A DNA stretch of 62,991 nt, counting the filler, from Octopus bimaculoides (lineage: Eukaryota): the NCBI RefSeq assembly GCF_001194135.2. It is 4 parts of 4 records of this genome, joined end to end, with 100 filler letters (N's around TTAATTAATTAA, not from the genome) between each part and the next. Parts side by side here need not be neighbours in the genome. Positions count along the whole stretch, not along the records: positions 59,017 to 62,991 come from NC_068988.1; 3 more parts are not named here. One strand, given 5' to 3'. Each line of letters begins with the position of its first letter. Position 1 is the stretch's first letter. Positions 59,193 through 62,991 of this stretch are shown in pieces. Under the pieces are notes generated by a model. It was not told the DNA's origin, made no database searches, and saw only the letters and a program-made list of their open reading frames with translations. The position numbers were made by a program, and so were the translations under genes.

Positions 59193-60239
59193 ATACCAGT
59201 CCCGCTGATTTTTGGTATCAATCAGTAAAAGTTATTACACCAAAGGTATGTCTTATATGGAAAGACGATGTGAGAAAATGTTATCATTGAAGAGTTTTGT
59301 CCTTATCTAAACACAGAGATCTAGATAAAGGGATATCAAAAAAATACATGTAGCTTCGTTCATCACTGATTTATTTATCGCTGGTCCAACAGTGCGGTTA
59401 TCACAGATCAGTCTTTGATAACGTCGGTCGTTATCTTGTACAGCTATGAACCTGCTCCCAGCGACCACCCACAACGTTCAGTTTCTCAAAATGCATTGAC
59501 TATCGCTTATGCTTACATTAACGTGCTGCGAGGCTCCGTATTTCTTTTTTATATAGATTTACGTACAGGAAAAACACAAGGTGCCTGATCCTACAAAAGA
59601 CACAGTCGAGTGTATTCTGTATAAGAAAAGCTAGAGATGATCAAGGAAAATACGTGACAGTGGAAGCTTCGCTGCGAGTTCGGTGTCAATGAATCTACTA
59701 TTTGTTCCATTAACAAAATATGGGGAGATGATTCATTTATCACCCCTTTACTTTTTGCCCCCCTTCCCCAAACCACCGTGATAAACGAGGATTGATTGAT
59801 CTATGAAGTACAGACTTCTCATAGTTGCTGCTACAGTTGCTGTTGTTGGAGATTTGCTTTTCTCGTTGTTACTGTTGTAGTTGCTGCTGGGTATTTGTGA
59901 TGTTACTCTTATTGTTAAGCTCACATCAGATTGAACGGATCAATGATTAAGGACGCTTAAGTCATGACAATCTAATCGTATTTTTAAGCAGCATACATCC
60001 GGGACTACTTAAACCAGTATGACATCTCTCTTTTCAAAACAAGAGGGTGTAATTTAAGGAGGAAAGATGTTCATTTGCTTATTCCACTTTTGTAAAAGTT
60101 CGGTTTAATGTAACAAAACGCAGATAAATGAAGAAACTCGAAGTTTTCCTTAGAAAAGCGCTAGAATCCGGGAAAATAGCGAAGCTATTCCAATCTGGAT
60201 CCTCTCGCCAATTTTCTTGAGTCGCCTTGTATGTTACAG

Positions 60240-60560
60240 TTGTCCTAGGATTGTTCTAGACGGTTCTATGATCAAAAGTGCTCCAGCCATGACTACCTCG
60301 CCATTTTTCTTGAGTTACTCTAGATGCCCTATAGCTACCGTAGCATTATCCTTGGCTCTCCAATGGCCAAAAGCGTTCCATCCGTGAGCATCCAGTTATT
60401 TTTCTAAATATATCAAAGGAGTCCTTGGGTAATCGTAGCATCGTTCTAAGTTTATGCTGTTCTGTTTAGCAATGTTCTAGCCATGACCATCTAGTCATTT
60501 TACTTTCAGACATAGTGTATCTGGAACTCCGTTATTCAGCATGTCCTCCTTTCTAAATGA
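60240..60560. repeat. Degenerate tandem of about 100-bp units (caaaagtgctccagccatgac..); related motifs at 32270 and 45530
   Basis: Three partial recurrences of the motif at about 60272, 60367 and 60472. Confidence 0.45.
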
Positions 60561-60841
60561 CGGCAGTATGTGATTTTTTTCAATCTTTAGCTGGTAGACT
60601 AGACTGACCCTGTAGAGTAACGGTTCCCAACCGGGGTCCATATGACCATTAGGGCCTCCACACACTATTTTGTTAAGATTTTACGTACAATGAATTGGTT
60701 ATACTTCTACAATACACAAAATAATCTAACAGTTCTTTATACAATTCATAGTAGCATTTAATTATAAAAATATAACAGGATTTTTGAGCATTGAATGGCT
60801 GTGAGAGTCTGCCCGAGTAAACCAGGAATGATAGGGGTATA

Positions 60842-61235
60842 TACTCTTTTACTTGTTTCAGTCACTTGACTGTGGCTATGCTGGAGCACCGCCTTTAGTC
60901 GAGCAAATCGACCCCAGGACTTCTTCTTTGTAAGCCTAGTGCTTATTCTATCGGTCTCTTTCTGCTGAACCGCTAAGTTACGGGGACGTAAACACACCAG
61001 CATCGGTTGTCAAGCGATGTTGTGGGGGACAAACACAGACACACAAACACACATACATATATATACATACGACGGGCTTCTTTCAGTTTCCGTCTACCAA
61101 ATCCACTCACAAGGCATTGGTCAGCCCGAGGCTATAGTAGAAGACACTTGCCCAAGGTGCCACGCAGTGGGACTGAACCCGGAACCATGTGGTTGGTAAG
61201 CAAGCTACTTACCACACAGCCACTCCTGTGCCTAT
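60842..61235 (-). mobile_element. SINE family B, full length
   Basis: Closely matches 27193-27584 along its length. Confidence 0.92.
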
Positions 61236-61549
61236 ATAGATAAAAATTGGTTGAGAGCTTCTGCTGCAGAGGCTTGCTCTCTTACTCGGTCACAGAGTCT
61301 GTTGTAAACAACTAATTTAGTTGGCTTGAAACAGTATTCCTCAATAATGTTTCAGTAACTGCTCGCCTTGTTGTTTTGCTCTTAGGTTTGCGTTGAGTTC
61401 CTTAATGAGATCTTCTCTTAGTTTTAACGTTTTAGCAATCGATTTCTCGTAAAACACCACAAGCTTCAACAATCGCCATAAGCTTCTTTATGGTGCGGCT
61501 GGTGCGACCTATTTTGGAAAATAACTGCATTATCATTGTTATCGCTATC

Positions 61550-61920
61550 AGACCACCGACGCTATCGCCGCCACTTCCACCACCACAAGCAGCACCACCA
61601 CAAGCACCACTACCACCACCANNNNNNNNNNNNNNNNNNNNNNNNNNNNNNNNNNNNNNNNNNNNNNNNNNNNNNNNNNNNNNNNNNNNNNNNNNNNNNN
61701 NNNNNNNNNNNNNNNNNNNNNNNNNNNNNNNNNNNNNNNNNNNNNNNNNNNNNNNNNNNNNNNNNNNNNNNNNNNNNNNNNNNNNNNNNNNNNNNNNNNN
61801 NNCGCCACCACCACCGCTACCACCACTTCTGCCATTATCACCGCCATTACCACTACCACCAACAGCACCACAAGCACCATCACCACTACAACCCCTACCA
61901 CTACCACCAGAATTAGTATC
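61550..61920. repeat. (CAC)n-type low-complexity tract spanning a gap
   Basis: Directly visible. Confidence 0.9.
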
Positions 61921-62437
61921 ATCACTAGAAGCTCACTACCCTATCACCAGTACCAAGATATTCCAGATTTAACAAACAACGTAGAAGTCACATGCAGCTT
62001 CTTCGCAATATTTCCAGTAAACACAAAGAATATACCAAAGACAGCAAAACGATGCACAAACATAAAATAATTACAATTATCATATTTAGTAAGTTGAAAG
62101 AAACGGAAGCAATGCTGTACAAATAATGCATTGTGCATTAGAGCCATGGTGGTCTATACAAGCCAGGGACGCTGTAATCGATTCCTCCTTGTCTATTTTC
62201 CCAGTGGCTACCATCAGAACCAACGCACATAAAGCTCTAATTTGGACATTGAAGAGAATGCAGTATGCTCAAATTGTTAAACAATGCTCCATACGATTCA
62301 TTACTGCATATCGATGTATGCAGTATGGTTTATGATACTGAGTAAGACATTATAGGCACGGCGTTGGGACAGGAAATTGAACAAAAACTCAAACGGAAGT
62401 AATATACATATAAACAGAACATACATACATACAAACA

Positions 62438-62700
62438 AAAATTACCCTGTTGATGTTGTTGAAATTCCTGTGAAGGAGCCTTGGATCTAGGTTAGAAACC
62501 GGCTCTTTCTCTATTGACATGAAATCTTGAAATGAAACTGAATAATGACATACATTCATATATAGCTTCATAAGATACCTGCATACATTCATGCATACAT
62601 ACATACATACATACGTACCTACATACGTACATAAGTACGTACATACATACATACATACCTACCTGCATACATATCTCCATAACGTACATACCTACATAGA
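62438..62700 (+). mobile_element. 3' UTR-only copy of the (CATA)n-tailed RLE family
   Basis: gttgaaattcc..gccttggatctaggttagaaaccggctctttctctattg..aactgaataatgacatac; (CATA)n on both flanks. Confidence 0.78.
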
Positions 62701-62991
62701 TGCTTTCCACTCGTATTTGAGACAGACAATCAATGAGTCTTAAAAGTATCGTACTGTCAACAGTGACTCTTTAAGCTATGTAGGTTCTTTCTATGTCGGC
62801 TGGAAGACATTACGAGCAAGTTGTCCGAGTGTACATCAGTGTGCAGACAAATGTTCTGATGTATGACGTATAGCACAGTCTATGTAAGCTACCGCAAAAT
62901 TGGTAGATATTCTTCACATTTGCTTACATCCATATGTGTGTATATATGTATATGTACACAGATGCATGCCTGCACATATGTATATACATAT

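Noticed and set aside
59380-59690. Several AG/GT pairs and 50-70 codon open frames in unique sequence
   Set aside because: Mutually inconsistent phases and no recognisable domain
61260-61530. Possible pogo transposase N-terminus
   Set aside because: Only a short terminal-like motif matches; the translation has stops and no helix-turn-helix pattern

Overview
Eukaryotic, AT-rich, repeat-saturated draft-assembly sequence with roughly 9.6 kb (about 15%) of N gaps. The SINE families, microsatellite load and gap style suggest an octopod cephalopod (Octopus-like); this is inference from remembered repeat families, not a database result. No host gene can be named, and almost every long entry in the ORF track is a microsatellite or N-gap artefact. 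The window is a transposon graveyard: four tRNA-type SINE families, RTE, Tx1/L1, HERO, R4/Dong-type and Penelope retroelement fragments, mariner, pogo-like and hAT-like DNA elements, a Helitron derivative and one solo LTR with a 5-bp TSD. The best leads are: (1) a unique pre-miRNA-like hairpin at 19317-19407; (2) Penelope ends carrying hammerhead-like motifs, one combined with a tRNA-like Pol III segment; (3) restriction-like-endonuclease (RLE) retroelements that sit specifically in (TACA)n or (TAA)n microsatellites; (4) a SINE subfamily that appears to share its tail with a Tx1 LINE; (5) a mariner split into two oppositely oriented halves by a local rearrangement; (6) a 51-bp-arm hairpin and two template-switch palindromes; (7) a few candidate exons encoding membrane segments. 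I found no supportable evidence for a new multi-gene system. Repeat boundaries are approximate unless exact motifs are quoted.
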